Shown here: positions 37,885 to 47,617 of the stretch, in pieces
Layout of the letters: each line of letters starts with the position of its first letter
Position numbering within the stretch: the first letter of the stretch is position 1
Source of the DNA: Nitrospirota bacterium
GTDB taxonomy: Bacteria > Nitrospirota > UBA9217
Length of the DNA stretch: 47,631 nucleotides
Direction: 5' to 3'
Assembly (NCBI GenBank): GCA_029858565.1
Contig: JAOUEV010000025.1
Span: 1 to 47,631 of the forward strand
Notes under the pieces: model-generated
The model's database searches: none
The model's input: only the letters and a program-made list of their open reading frames with translations
Told to the model about the DNA's origin: nothing
Made by a program: the position numbers and the translations under genes

Positions 37885-38463
37885 ATGCAGAATACGATAA
37901 TAGGGATTTTCGAGGAGAGCGCGCGGGTCAAAACGGCCTTTGCGCGGGAGAACGCTGAAAGGATCGCAGCGGTTGTGCGGCTTCTTGCGCAGACCTTCCG
38001 CAACGGCAGGAAGGTGATCCTCTTCGGGAACGGAGGCAGTGCCACGGACGCGTCGCACATCGCTGCTGAGTTTGTGAACCGGTTCCTTATGGACCGGCCG
38101 CCGCTTCCCGCGATCGCGCTGAATACCGATCCGGCTGTGCTTACGAGCATCAGCAACGATTTTGGCTATGATCAGATCTTCTCCAAGCAGCTTGCGGCCT
38201 TAGGACAGGAGGGCGATGTAGTTATCGGGATCAGCACCAGCGGGAACTCGCCCAATGTGTTGAAAGCGCTGGACGTGGCAAAGAAGGGCGGCATGAAAAC
38301 CGTGGTCCTGACCGGCGGCACAGGCGGCAAAATGGCGTCCCTGGCGGATCATACGTTCATTGTGCCGTCCCGCCACACACCCCATATCCAGGAAACCCAC
38401 ATCACCCTCGGGCATATCCTCTGCCAGCTCGTGGACGAAGAGCTGTTCGGCGGGAAGCGGTAG
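37885..38463 (+). CDS. gmhA: D-sedoheptulose-7-phosphate isomerase
   Basis: GNGGSATDASHIAAE, ISNDFGY, ISTSGNS and HIQETHI motifs. Confidence 0.96.
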   Translation: MQNTIIGIFEESARVKTAFARENAERIAAVVRLLAQTFRNGRKVILFGNGGSATDASHIAAEFVNRFLMDRPPLPAIALNTDPAVLTSISNDFGYDQIFSKQLAALGQEGDVVIGISTSGNSPNVLKALDVAKKGGMKTVVLTGGTGGKMASLADHTFIVPSRHTPHIQETHITLGHILCQLVDEELFGGKR

Positions 38464-38466
38464 GTC

Positions 38467-39402
38467 ATGGCTGAATTCGATCCGACCAAGATAAAGACCT
38501 ACTCGCTGCGGGAGCGCCAGAGCAAGGTCAAGATCGATGAAATGGCAACACCCCATCGGAAGGGATCTGCCTTCCGGGACTTTCTCTCCTCGTTCCCGAA
38601 CATCCTCGCAGCAAAACAGCTTCGCGATATTGCGGCAGCGGTAGTGCAGGCGCGCAAGGATGGACGGCCGGTCATGCTAGGCATGGGCGCTCATGCCATC
38701 AAGGTCGGCTTGAATCCCTTGATCATTGACCTGCTCCAACGCAAGATCGTCACCAGCCTGCATCTGAACGGAGCGGGGATCATTCACGATTTCGAACTGG
38801 CGCTCATCGGCCACACCTCCGAGGACGTAGACCGGGAGATCCTTTCGGGCGCCTTCGGCATGGCGGAGGAGACGGGCACCATGATCAACGGCGCCATCGC
38901 AGCAGGCGCCGACAAGGGCCAGAGCATCGGCACGGCAGTGGGCTCGCTGATCGAAGGAGGGAGCTTCCCGAACAAGGACAAGAGCCTGCTCGCCGCAGGC
39001 GTTCGGCTTGGTGTGCCGGTGACCGTGCATGTGGCCATTGGAACCGACATCATTCACATGCATCCATCCTTCAATGGCGCTGCGACCGGCAAGGCAGGAG
39101 AGCGGGATTTCAGGACCTTCTGCTCACTGGTCGCCGGCCTCGAAGGAGGCGTCTACATCAATCTCGGCTCCGCGGTCCTGCTCCCGGAGATCTTCCTGAA
39201 AGCCGTGACCCTGGCCCGGAACCTCGGCAATACTGTCCAGCACTTCACTACCGTGAACATGGATTTCATCCAGCACTACCGGCCGAACACGAACGTAGTC
39301 CGCCGGCCGACGCACGGCGGCGGCAAAGGTTTCGCCCTCACCGGCCACCACGAGATCATGCTTCCGCTCCTTGCCGCGGCGGTCATCGAACTGATGGACT
39401 GA
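38467..39402 (+). CDS. Conserved hypothetical protein, deoxyhypusine-synthase-like fold, cotranscribed with gmhA
   Basis: GAHAIKVG, NGAGIIHDFE, GTDIIH, NLGSAVLLPE and GHHE motifs. Confidence 0.7.
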   Translation: MAEFDPTKIKTYSLRERQSKVKIDEMATPHRKGSAFRDFLSSFPNILAAKQLRDIAAAVVQARKDGRPVMLGMGAHAIKVGLNPLIIDLLQRKIVTSLHLNGAGIIHDFELALIGHTSEDVDREILSGAFGMAEETGTMINGAIAAGADKGQSIGTAVGSLIEGGSFPNKDKSLLAAGVRLGVPVTVHVAIGTDIIHMHPSFNGAATGKAGERDFRTFCSLVAGLEGGVYINLGSAVLLPEIFLKAVTLARNLGNTVQHFTTVNMDFIQHYRPNTNVVRRPTHGGGKGFALTGHHEIMLPLLAAAVIELMD

Positions 39403-39438
39403 CAGGCATCCCGAACGCGTTCCGCCCCGTGGTGTTTT

Positions 39439-40086
39439 TCAGCGGATCTCCCGTAAATGGCGAACATACACGTCCGCGACGTAGGCGGCAGCGTGCTCCA
39501 GCTCGGCGGCAAAAAGCCTGCCTTCATCCTGCACATACTCATCAAAGCTCTTCTGGTTCTTCCGGTTGTTGTCAAAAGTAGTGTACTTGAACGACTTTTT
39601 CCACAGGATGTTGCCGGAGGGATCGGTCAGCGTGACCCCGCTCACGGTCCAGAGACCCGCAAGAGAGGAGAGCCTCACGAAACCCGTCTGGAACGTGAGC
39701 AGCGGACCGCGGTCATAAGCATACTCCTTGTCCACCGGATCGCGCAGCACAGCCACCTTCGGCCAGTCAGGCACCTCCTTCCGGACCTGCTCCAGAAAGT
39801 CCTTCATGACTAGTTCGCTAAAATCGGGAAGCACAACGCCCTTTCGCACCTTGCCGGCCACCGAGGCCTCGTGCGCGTATCCCGCCGGAACCGTCGCAAA
39901 ACCGCCGAGCGATACGAGGAGCGCGCCGGTCAGCGTTCTCGTCTCAATGGGCGGGCTCGCTCGCCTCACCGCCTGCATGGGGCCTATTTCCCCGAGATTA
40001 ACTCGTTTCAACGCGATATCTGATGAGCAGGATGCAAGCAGGAGTGCGAACGCCAGGATCATGCAACAGCGAATTCGTTCGGTCAT
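39439..40086 (-). CDS. Hypothetical lipoprotein
   Basis: AAGGAGG RBS before ATG 40086; lipobox LLASC. Confidence 0.7.
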   Translation of the reverse strand: MTERIRCCMILAFALLLASCSSDIALKRVNLGEIGPMQAVRRASPPIETRTLTGALLVSLGGFATVPAGYAHEASVAGKVRKGVVLPDFSELVMKDFLEQVRKEVPDWPKVAVLRDPVDKEYAYDRGPLLTFQTGFVRLSSLAGLWTVSGVTLTDPSGNILWKKSFKYTTFDNNRKNQKSFDEYVQDEGRLFAAELEHAAAYVADVYVRHLREIR

Positions 40087-40237
40087 AGAAGCCTCCTTAT
40101 AATAACAGCAACTCATGGCCACCACGCTCTTCGCGACCGCCAGCCGCTGCTGCGCCGCAGAAGCCCCGGCGTCGGCAAGGTGCTTCGCAGCGTCCTTAGC
40201 TCCACCAGCGTACCCGCCGCCTGTGTTCATTCTGAAA

Positions 40238-41857
40238 TCATGCAATTTCGAGCATGATCAGCCGTTCGCCTTCGCGGGGAACGGCGTCATTAAACCGAAC
40301 ATCGCCTGCAGCATCGACCACGGCGAGCCTTTTTCCCTTCCCTTCACCTACCGGGGTTCCCTTGTCGTTCAGGATCTCTCGAACGACGCAGTTCACACCG
40401 TTCACTTTGATCGTATTGATAATGCCCATGTCCGTTGCCGCTGATGCAAAGGCCGGTGCGGCGATGCTTGATGAACTGAGCGCCACGTGAATGTTGAAAT
40501 GTTTTTCGATCTTCTCGGCAAAGGACTTCTCAAAGATGCGAAGGACCACACGAATGTCCGGATGCAGGCTGCGCGCGTTCAGCCCGATCTCCAGGTTGCG
40601 CATGTCGTCGTCGGTGGCGCAGATGATGGACCTCGCCTCGCCCACGTTCGCATGCAGCAGCGACTCCTCCAGCGTAGCATCGGCGATGATGAGCGGCACG
40701 TTCATCTGCTGCACCGACTGGACGAACTTGCCGTCCGCGTTCCTTTCGATTGCCACGACCTTTTCTCCCAACGTCAGCAAATCCTCAAGAATGCGCATTC
40801 CTACATCGCCAACCCCGCATAGAATTACATGCTCCCTGAGCTTCTGTCGCCGCCTGCCCATAAGTATGTCGAGCCGTTTTTTGAGCATCACGTCGGTCAC
40901 CACGGCGAATAGAAATGCGACGAGCGTTACTCCCGACACCATAAGCAACAGGAACAGCACCCTGGTGACCGGATGGAACTCACGAAATGCCGTATCCTCG
41001 AAACCTCCGCTCGTGAGCGTCGCCAGGATCACGTAGAGAGCATTGAAAAATGTCAGGTTCTCCTCGAACCGGACCATCAGGATGCCCATGCCCATGAGGC
41101 AGAGAACAGCAAACAGGATGAACAGCAGGACGCGGTCCTGCCCCAGCAGCCGCTCATACATCCTTCGCAGGGACCATGTTCTTGCCGGCCGGTCGCAGGA
41201 CCCGGAGGAGCACGCAGAAACGCCTGCGATCATTCGCGCATGCGAACATTTCGCAAAGAGCACGAGTCGGTCGTCCGGCCCGATACTTGTTTCTCCTGGG
41301 GGAAAAAGCGCTTCGTTCACGGCGATAATCTTGATTTCATCGCTCTGCTCGGCGCCCCGAACGGTTCTGCCGGCAAGGCCGCGTCCCGGGCACCTGAAGA
41401 ACGAAAGGATCGTCTTGCTGGTCTCGAAAGACAGGAGGTTGTCTTCAAGGAGGGATGACGCGGTGAAGCTCGGCGAAGCGCGCTGAGAGACGCTCAGCAC
41501 CCTGAAGTTTCTGACACTCTCCTCGAGCTTGCGCGCCAGGTTGAGATTGAAGAGACGGATGACGACGCGAATGTGAGGATTCAGCTCAACCGCGTGCAGC
41601 GCGGCCTGGAGATTGAACTGTTCATTCTCCGAAGTCAGCACGATCGCGCGCGCAGCGGGCAGTTCCAAGGTGTCCAGCCGGCCCGGATCCTTTATATCGC
41701 AGCACGCGGTCCTGATGCCGGCAGCGGCCAGCCTGCCCAGCACCTCCGTCTGCTCCGGCCCCATTGCCACAAGCACCTCTTCTCCGGCATTGTGCAGAAA
41801 TTCCGCGATCCGGATGCCGATGCTGGACAATCCGAAGATAATGACCCTATCCGCCAA
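40238..41857 (-). CDS. RCK/TrkA-N domain ion (K+) channel family protein
   Basis: TTG start 41857 with AGGAGG. N-terminal RCK (IIFGLSSIG), 2TM+pore segment, and second RCK (ILCGVGDVG...ATDDDMRNLE). Confidence 0.85.
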   Translation of the reverse strand: MADRVIIFGLSSIGIRIAEFLHNAGEEVLVAMGPEQTEVLGRLAAAGIRTACCDIKDPGRLDTLELPAARAIVLTSENEQFNLQAALHAVELNPHIRVVIRLFNLNLARKLEESVRNFRVLSVSQRASPSFTASSLLEDNLLSFETSKTILSFFRCPGRGLAGRTVRGAEQSDEIKIIAVNEALFPPGETSIGPDDRLVLFAKCSHARMIAGVSACSSGSCDRPARTWSLRRMYERLLGQDRVLLFILFAVLCLMGMGILMVRFEENLTFFNALYVILATLTSGGFEDTAFREFHPVTRVLFLLLMVSGVTLVAFLFAVVTDVMLKKRLDILMGRRRQKLREHVILCGVGDVGMRILEDLLTLGEKVVAIERNADGKFVQSVQQMNVPLIIADATLEESLLHANVGEARSIICATDDDMRNLEIGLNARSLHPDIRVVLRIFEKSFAEKIEKHFNIHVALSSSSIAAPAFASAATDMGIINTIKVNGVNCVVREILNDKGTPVGEGKGKRLAVVDAAGDVRFNDAVPREGERLIMLEIA

Positions 41858-42021
41858 ATGATCTTCCTCCTGCATGCAATAGACGCTCGGTTTTGTCCTG
41901 ACCGCGAACCCCAAAGAGATCGAATCGCTTTTCTCTTGGCGATCCGTGGCTCGACTCTATCACAGAACGGTTTGCTTCACAACAGATTCCTTTTTTTAGT
42001 GTCAACGCATCTGAATCGAGT

Positions 42022-42609
42022 TCAGGACCCGGCCAGCACCAGCAGGTAGAAAATCGATCCGGGCCAAAGAAGAAAGAGCACCACCACAGCGGAGAAAGCC
42101 CCGATCCGGACCTTCTCCGATTTCCGCTGCTCTTCTATCCGCGCCAGGTCCTCGGCAATCCGCGCCTGCTGTAAGTGAAAATCATAGCACCGCCCCCTGC
42201 ACTCGGGACAGACTGCGGCGCGATGCTCATTCGACAGGATGTGACGCAGAGGCGTCACGCAGGCCTCGCAGAACTCCCTGCCGCAGTCTGCGCAACGCCA
42301 GGATGTCGGGCTCGACGGATGGGTTCTGCAGTACCCCGTCTCGCTCACAGAAACGGGCGCTTCTCCGCTCGCCTCCGGAACCATCTCTTCGCGGACACGG
42401 TGCTTTTCGATCGCATGCTTGTCCTGGGCCCGAGTTCTGTCCAGTTCATGCAGCGCCCCGCGGCGCGGGTTCTTCTCCGCGAAGACGCGGATGTCCCGGT
42501 CGATCTCCTCCTGGCTCCGGCGATCGGAGCCCGCGGGAAGGTCCCGCTTCTTCGGTGCTCCTGCTTTTTGCCTGAGCAACTCCTGCTTTTCCCTGTTCGT
42601 TCTGTCCAT
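42022..42609 (-). CDS. Hypothetical protein with B-box-like Zn finger and C-terminal TM
   Basis: CRTHP...CADCGREFCEAC...CPEC; hydrophobic C-terminus that may be truncated. Confidence 0.65.
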   Translation of the reverse strand: MDRTNREKQELLRQKAGAPKKRDLPAGSDRRSQEEIDRDIRVFAEKNPRRGALHELDRTRAQDKHAIEKHRVREEMVPEASGEAPVSVSETGYCRTHPSSPTSWRCADCGREFCEACVTPLRHILSNEHRAAVCPECRGRCYDFHLQQARIAEDLARIEEQRKSEKVRIGAFSAVVVLFLLWPGSIFYLLVLAGS

Positions 42610-42967
42610 GTTCCCTGCTCCAAAGCTTCGGTAATATGCTGCCATGCATCTTCCGCCGTCTCAACATAGTGAAAGAGCGACAGATCTTCCGGAACGATGC
42701 TCCCCTCTTCGACAAGCGCATCGAAGTTCACGATTCTGCGCCAGAACTGCTCGCCAAAGAGCAGCACCGGCGCGGGCTTCACCTTGCAGGTCTGGATCAG
42801 CGTGAGTGTCTCGAACAGCTCATCCAGCGTTCCGTAGCCGCCAGGAAAAACCACGAGCGCCCGGAGCAGGAACTGCATCTTCCGGATCGCGAAGCAAGGA
42901 TTAATAAGCCCGAGACATCATCCGCGTCCGTGGGGAAATAGCGGTAGCGAAGGTCTTTGGTGTTCAT
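42610..42967 (-). pseudogene. LOG family (TIGR00730-like) remnant with internal deletion
   Basis: FAIRKMQFLLRALVVFPGGYGTLDELFETLTLIQT is the C-terminal half only. It is out of frame with a short N-terminus starting at 42967. Confidence 0.8.
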
Positions 42968-43023
42968 GGAAGATTCCTTTCCTCGAAGGAAGATGGAATG
43001 ATGCATATTCTCCCGAGACGCGG

Positions 43024-43683
43024 CTACCGCGGCACCCACTCCGCCTCCGGCTCGTCCTTCGGCTTCATAAAGAGGTCCTTGCCCTTCGCCGGCAGCTCCT
43101 GCCTGAAGGTTCTGGACCCCTTCGCGTGCGATGCAATCAGTTCGCCGCTGCGCCTGCCGGTCCTCCGGTACTGCAGGTCGACCTCCGGACCGACTGCTAT
43201 CCCCGCCTTGGCGAGGGACTCCGGATACTCACCCGTCTTCTCCAGGACCGTGTCCAGGGCCGACACCCCCTCGCGGATCGCCTGCACAGCTCTGGCGTTC
43301 TTTTCTTTCACCATGATAGCCGACATCATGGACATGACCACATACGCGGGAAATCCGATCACCAGCAGGGTCAGCCCAGCGTTGATCAGCGCGGACCGCC
43401 GGCGCTCCTTCGGGTCAGGCGTCGCGCTTTTGCGCGGCAGGGTCAGGAGTTTTGATACCGCCGCAACAGGGCCGAGCAGCGGCAGAAGGAACGCGACCAG
43501 CATACCATAGAACCCCGGCTCGCGGAAAGGGGCATACCCCTTCCAGCGCAGGGTGAAATAGTGCCCCACCGCGAGCATCGGAACCGCAACCACTATCAGG
43601 AAGGGAACAAACCAGAACAGATGTATCGCTGTTCCCGCCGCTACGAATCCCCATGCGGTCTTCTTTAATTGAGCTTCGGTCAT
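43024..43683 (-). CDS. Membrane protein with C-terminal pilin/pseudopilin-like domain
   Basis: Several TMs, then an amphipathic helix ending GEYPESL and an ASHAKGSRTF motif shared with the 46683 gene. Confidence 0.65.
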   Translation of the reverse strand: MTEAQLKKTAWGFVAAGTAIHLFWFVPFLIVVAVPMLAVGHYFTLRWKGYAPFREPGFYGMLVAFLLPLLGPVAAVSKLLTLPRKSATPDPKERRRSALINAGLTLLVIGFPAYVVMSMMSAIMVKEKNARAVQAIREGVSALDTVLEKTGEYPESLAKAGIAVGPEVDLQYRRTGRRSGELIASHAKGSRTFRQELPAKGKDLFMKPKDEPEAEWVPR

Positions 43684-43710
43684 GGCCTCTCCCTCAGGAC
43701 GGATCCCCGC

Positions 43711-46062
43711 CTACTCCGTCGCTCCCGCCTCTCGCAGGATCTTCGCGATGCGATGCTTGCCGTTCCGCTTTGCGGTCTTGAGCGCCGTAAAGCCATTGGC
43801 CGCCTTCAGTCGAGTGTCGGCCCCGTGTTTGAGCAGCAACCTTACCAGCTCTTCATTCCCTGCGGCGGCAGCGATCGTAAGCGCCGTCTCGCCGCTCTTC
43901 CTAGCCTCGTTGACCGGAGCGCCGGCTTGGAGAAGCAATTCTGCCGCCTCCGTGCTGCCTCCGTCGGCCGCACTGGTCAGCGCTGTCCACACGGCAGCGT
44001 TCCCGGCCCGGACACGAGCTTTCCGCTCGAGCAGCAGCCGTATGATATCGACCGCGCCCGCGCCCGCAGCATTCAACAGCGCCTCGCCGTCCTTTCCATT
44101 CGGGTCAGCGCCGTTCTCCAGGAGGAATTGTACAATGGCCAGATAGTCCTTCGGCGCAGCCGTGCTGCCAAGCCGGCTCGAACCCGCTGCCACGGCAAGA
44201 GCGGCCGGAATGCCCTCCTTCGCTCCCTGTTTTACCAGTAGCCGCACCGTTGAGGCCCGTCCCCGCATGGCAGCCTGCTCCAATGCTGCGTCTTTTCCCT
44301 TCGCCCCCTTTTCGAGCAAAAGCTTCACGATCTTGTCGTTTCCGCCCCGCGCTGCCATCAGCAAGGCCCTGTCGGATGAAGCCGTGGCAATCTCCACGTC
44401 GGCGCCCTTCGCGAGCAGGGCTTTTGCTATGCCCGTATCACCCGCGGCAGCAGCAATCATGAGCGGCGTGTACCCTTTAAGCACTACACCGGTTACCCCT
44501 GCGTTCACCGCCGCGTTTTTATTCAGAAGCGCCTTCACTTCCATTTTTTTGCCGTTGATAACGGCATCCAGGAGGTCGCTTCCTTCCGCAGCCTCGAGCT
44601 CGGCCGTAACCCCGTGTGACCGGAGATACCGCGCGATCTCGGGCCTGCCCCGGTACACCGCCGCATGCAGCAATCCGGTCCCTATCTCATTCCTTGTTTG
44701 CAAGTCGCCGCCGCGCTTCACCAGGAACTTGACCATATCGATATCTCCAAGCGCAACGGCCATCCCCAGCGCCGTCCTGCCGTTCGAAGACCGTAGATTG
44801 ACGTCCGCTCCTCTATCGAGCAGAAGCCGGACAAGCTTCATGTCCTTACTGAGCACCGCAACCTGAAGCGCAGCCTGTTCTTCCTTCGGCACCGCATTCA
44901 CATCCGCACCCTTCGCGAGCAGCAGCTCAACGATCCGGAGCACGGCTGCATCGATCCGCAACTGTCTCGAGGTTGCGTTCCAGAGGTACTGCGTGAGCGC
45001 GGTCTTCCCGCTGCCGTCCGCAGCATTGACATCAGCTCCCTTCTCGATCAGAAGCTGCATGAGCGGCCCGCTCCCGACAAAAGAGGCGGCAAGCAGCGGA
45101 GTGAAACCGTCCATCCCCTTCCCGTTCACGTCCGCGCCCTTTTCGATCAATCGGGCGGCGATCATTTCGTCGCCATTGAACGCGGCGACTAGGAGCGGCG
45201 TGATCTCTTCCTCACGGTCCGTCTTTATAACGATCCGGGCGTCCGCATCGGCACCTGCGCCGAGCAGGTCCTCGGTCATCTCGCTTTCGCCGCCGGCAAC
45301 GGCAAGAGCAAGCGCGAGCCCGGCAGCTGGTCCCTTCATATCCATGCCTCCGCCCTTCAACTGGTTTCGCAGCAAATCCCTGTCGCCTTCGAGAATCGCG
45401 AGCAGCATCTTCGGCTCCTGCTCGTTGACGCTGAATCCCTGTCCGCGGACTGCGCGGAGCATCTCGACCACCTCGCGCTCCTGCTTGCTGTCGACCACCT
45501 GCTCCACGATCAACCCGCCCAGGAACCTGCCGGAAAAGTCGAGCTTCTCGCCGCCCTTCTTGACCAGGTGGGAAAGGGCGCCGGTCTTCTTCATTACGAA
45601 TGCGATCTCTGCTGGCGTCATGGCTCCAGCCTTCAGATTCAGGCGGTCCTTTACCGAAATGCCGCTCGCCAGGAACCGGTCGATCACCTCGGTGCTGCCG
45701 CCGCTGATCGCATAAGCGAATGCCGGGGCTCCGTCGTCAGCGCTTATCATCGTAGCGCTCGCCCCTGCCTTCAGAAGGAGCATCACCATATCCGGCCGTC
45801 CAGCCGCCGCAGCTGCCATTAGTGCCGTGCAGTCGGAGCAGGACTGGGTAGCCACCCTGAACGTGGCCTTCGCGTCAACCGGCCCTTTTGCAGCAAGATA
45901 CTCCTGGACCTTTTGTATGTCCCCGTCAGCCGCTGCCTGCACATAGGCCTGTTTCGCTTCCGTCTTCGGGCTTACCGCTGACGCCGTACCGGCAATCGCT
46001 TTCCCGGGCAACCAAAGTATTGCGGCGACCAGCAACAGGATGATCAGCTTCCGTGCCTTCAT
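43711..46062 (-). CDS. Secreted ankyrin-repeat protein
   Basis: Signal peptide; many G.TPL..AA..G....V..LL..GADVN repeats; GAGGAGG RBS. Confidence 0.92.
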   Translation of the reverse strand: MKARKLIILLLVAAILWLPGKAIAGTASAVSPKTEAKQAYVQAAADGDIQKVQEYLAAKGPVDAKATFRVATQSCSDCTALMAAAAAGRPDMVMLLLKAGASATMISADDGAPAFAYAISGGSTEVIDRFLASGISVKDRLNLKAGAMTPAEIAFVMKKTGALSHLVKKGGEKLDFSGRFLGGLIVEQVVDSKQEREVVEMLRAVRGQGFSVNEQEPKMLLAILEGDRDLLRNQLKGGGMDMKGPAAGLALALAVAGGESEMTEDLLGAGADADARIVIKTDREEEITPLLVAAFNGDEMIAARLIEKGADVNGKGMDGFTPLLAASFVGSGPLMQLLIEKGADVNAADGSGKTALTQYLWNATSRQLRIDAAVLRIVELLLAKGADVNAVPKEEQAALQVAVLSKDMKLVRLLLDRGADVNLRSSNGRTALGMAVALGDIDMVKFLVKRGGDLQTRNEIGTGLLHAAVYRGRPEIARYLRSHGVTAELEAAEGSDLLDAVINGKKMEVKALLNKNAAVNAGVTGVVLKGYTPLMIAAAAGDTGIAKALLAKGADVEIATASSDRALLMAARGGNDKIVKLLLEKGAKGKDAALEQAAMRGRASTVRLLVKQGAKEGIPAALAVAAGSSRLGSTAAPKDYLAIVQFLLENGADPNGKDGEALLNAAGAGAVDIIRLLLERKARVRAGNAAVWTALTSAADGGSTEAAELLLQAGAPVNEARKSGETALTIAAAAGNEELVRLLLKHGADTRLKAANGFTALKTAKRNGKHRIAKILREAGATE

Positions 46063-46682
46063 AAACTACCTCCTCATTGTGTATGACGGACCTTGCCACC
46101 CTGCCCATCAAAGTTTTACGTCCCTAAGCGTCAGAAAGTCGCCCAAGCGTGTTCGTAATGTCTCCGTACGCTGCATCTTTCGCAGGAATTCATATACCTG
46201 CCGCGTTTTCATGTATATCGACCGGATCCGCTCCGGCCCCAATTCCCCAGGGCGGATGAACAAAAGCCTTGATTCACGAACTCGACCTTGAATCGCTTCA
46301 GTTCTTCTTCCTTGAGCAGGGCCGCGATCGCGTCGAGTCCCAAGGCATGAGTGCCGGAGTGGTCCTTCTGCATGGCGGCAGAAAGGTCCACGCTTCCCCA
46401 AGCAACGAGGTCGGCTTGCTGTCATTGCTGAGCGCGAGCCGCTGACCCTTCTGAAGCGCCATGTCCGGCACCGTCGGTCGCGGGTCTGTGAAGACGATTG
46501 CCAGATCCGTCCTATGCTCTCTCTCGGCGGTGTATTGTATCAGGTCGCAGATAATGAACTCCTTCGCACTGTCTTTCCCGCATCATTCCCGTTTTAGTCT
46601 GTGCCTTTTGTCCCTGCTCGGTTTCGTCAGCTGCCTGCTCCCGCCCTTTGCCTACGGCGCTTTCTTGGCTCAAAGAAAGATC

Positions 46683-47288
46683 TCAATAATGTTGCCAAGC
46701 AGCATTCGGGCGGTGTTTGTCGCGCCAGTAGATCATTGTTTCATCAGAAGAGCATTGGTATTCCTTGCTGCCTTTCTTATGCGTGATGAAGAGACGATAT
46801 CTTTCTTTTCCCAACTTATCGTAGACGATGTCGACTTCCTTCGTGCGTTCGACAAGATACGTGCCGTCCATGTCTTCAAGCCGATCGGGATAGGCATGGG
46901 TATCTGCAAGATAGCACTCGAGACCGATCCTCACGTTCATCAGGTCAGACAATGCTGCGCTATTATATGCCCTTATCCTGTAGTCTGAGGGCGAATAGGT
47001 TGCAATGAAAAACGCGAGTGCCAGCTGGAACACGACAAAGGCGATTGCCCATGCGGCCATCCGCATGATTATCTTCGGCTTCGCCCCCCTGGATCTCCTT
47101 TCCTCGTTAGCCTTCTCAAAGAGGTGCATCAGGAGAAACGGGGGGCCAACGAAAAACAGAGTCAGGATCAAAACCAGCGCCACTACTTTGACTTCGTGCA
47201 GCAGGACAAAGAGGAGCCACGCTGCGGTCAGAAACAGCAGACCAAACAACCAGCATTTTCTTTTTTTCTCGATCGCGTCGCCCATCAC
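46683..47288 (-). CDS. Membrane protein with type IV pilin-like helix and C-terminal domain
   Basis: Three TMs, then DYRIRAYNSAALSDLMNVRIGLECYLADTHAYP, which resembles the Geobacter PilA helix. No prepilin G|FTLxE site. Confidence 0.75.
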   Translation of the reverse strand: MMGDAIEKKRKCWLFGLLFLTAAWLLFVLLHEVKVVALVLILTLFFVGPPFLLMHLFEKANEERRSRGAKPKIIMRMAAWAIAFVVFQLALAFFIATYSPSDYRIRAYNSAALSDLMNVRIGLECYLADTHAYPDRLEDMDGTYLVERTKEVDIVYDKLGKERYRLFITHKKGSKEYQCSSDETMIYWRDKHRPNAAWQHY

Positions 47289-47359
47289 ATATTCACTCTC
47301 AACTCAGCGATATCACCGGGTGCGTCTATCATCATGTCAGATCGGCTGAAGGAATGTTC

Positions 47360-47617
47360 TTACATTGCCTGCCACACGGCGTTTAGGTCTTTCCTGTCGC
47401 GCCAGTAGGTCGTTATTTCATCGGAATTGCACCGGTATTCCTTGCTGCCTTTCTTATGCCAGGTGAAGAGCCGGTATCGTTCTTTTCCCAGCTTTTCGTA
47501 GACAAGATCGATATCCTTCGTGCGTTCGAAGGTGTATTCGTCGCCCATCTCCTCGATCCTGTCAGGATACGCTTGCGTATCAGAGCCGGCATCAGCATGC
47601 TGCCGGATTGCTTTCAA
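47360..47617 (-). pseudogene. C-terminal-only duplicate of the 46683 gene
   Basis: DTQAYPDRIEEM...KLGKERYRLFTWHKKGSKEY...YWRDR aligns with the neighbour. In-frame TGA at 47620-47618, and similarity is lost upstream of about 47582. Confidence 0.7.

Noticed and set aside
40087-40245. N-terminal extension of ORF 39439..40245
   Set aside because: A strong RBS and lipoprotein signal support the start at 40086.
46108-46600. Short overlapping ORFs (46108..46425, 46209..46391, 46461..46988)
   Set aside because: No recognisable family; probably a degraded gene or shadows, so not annotated.
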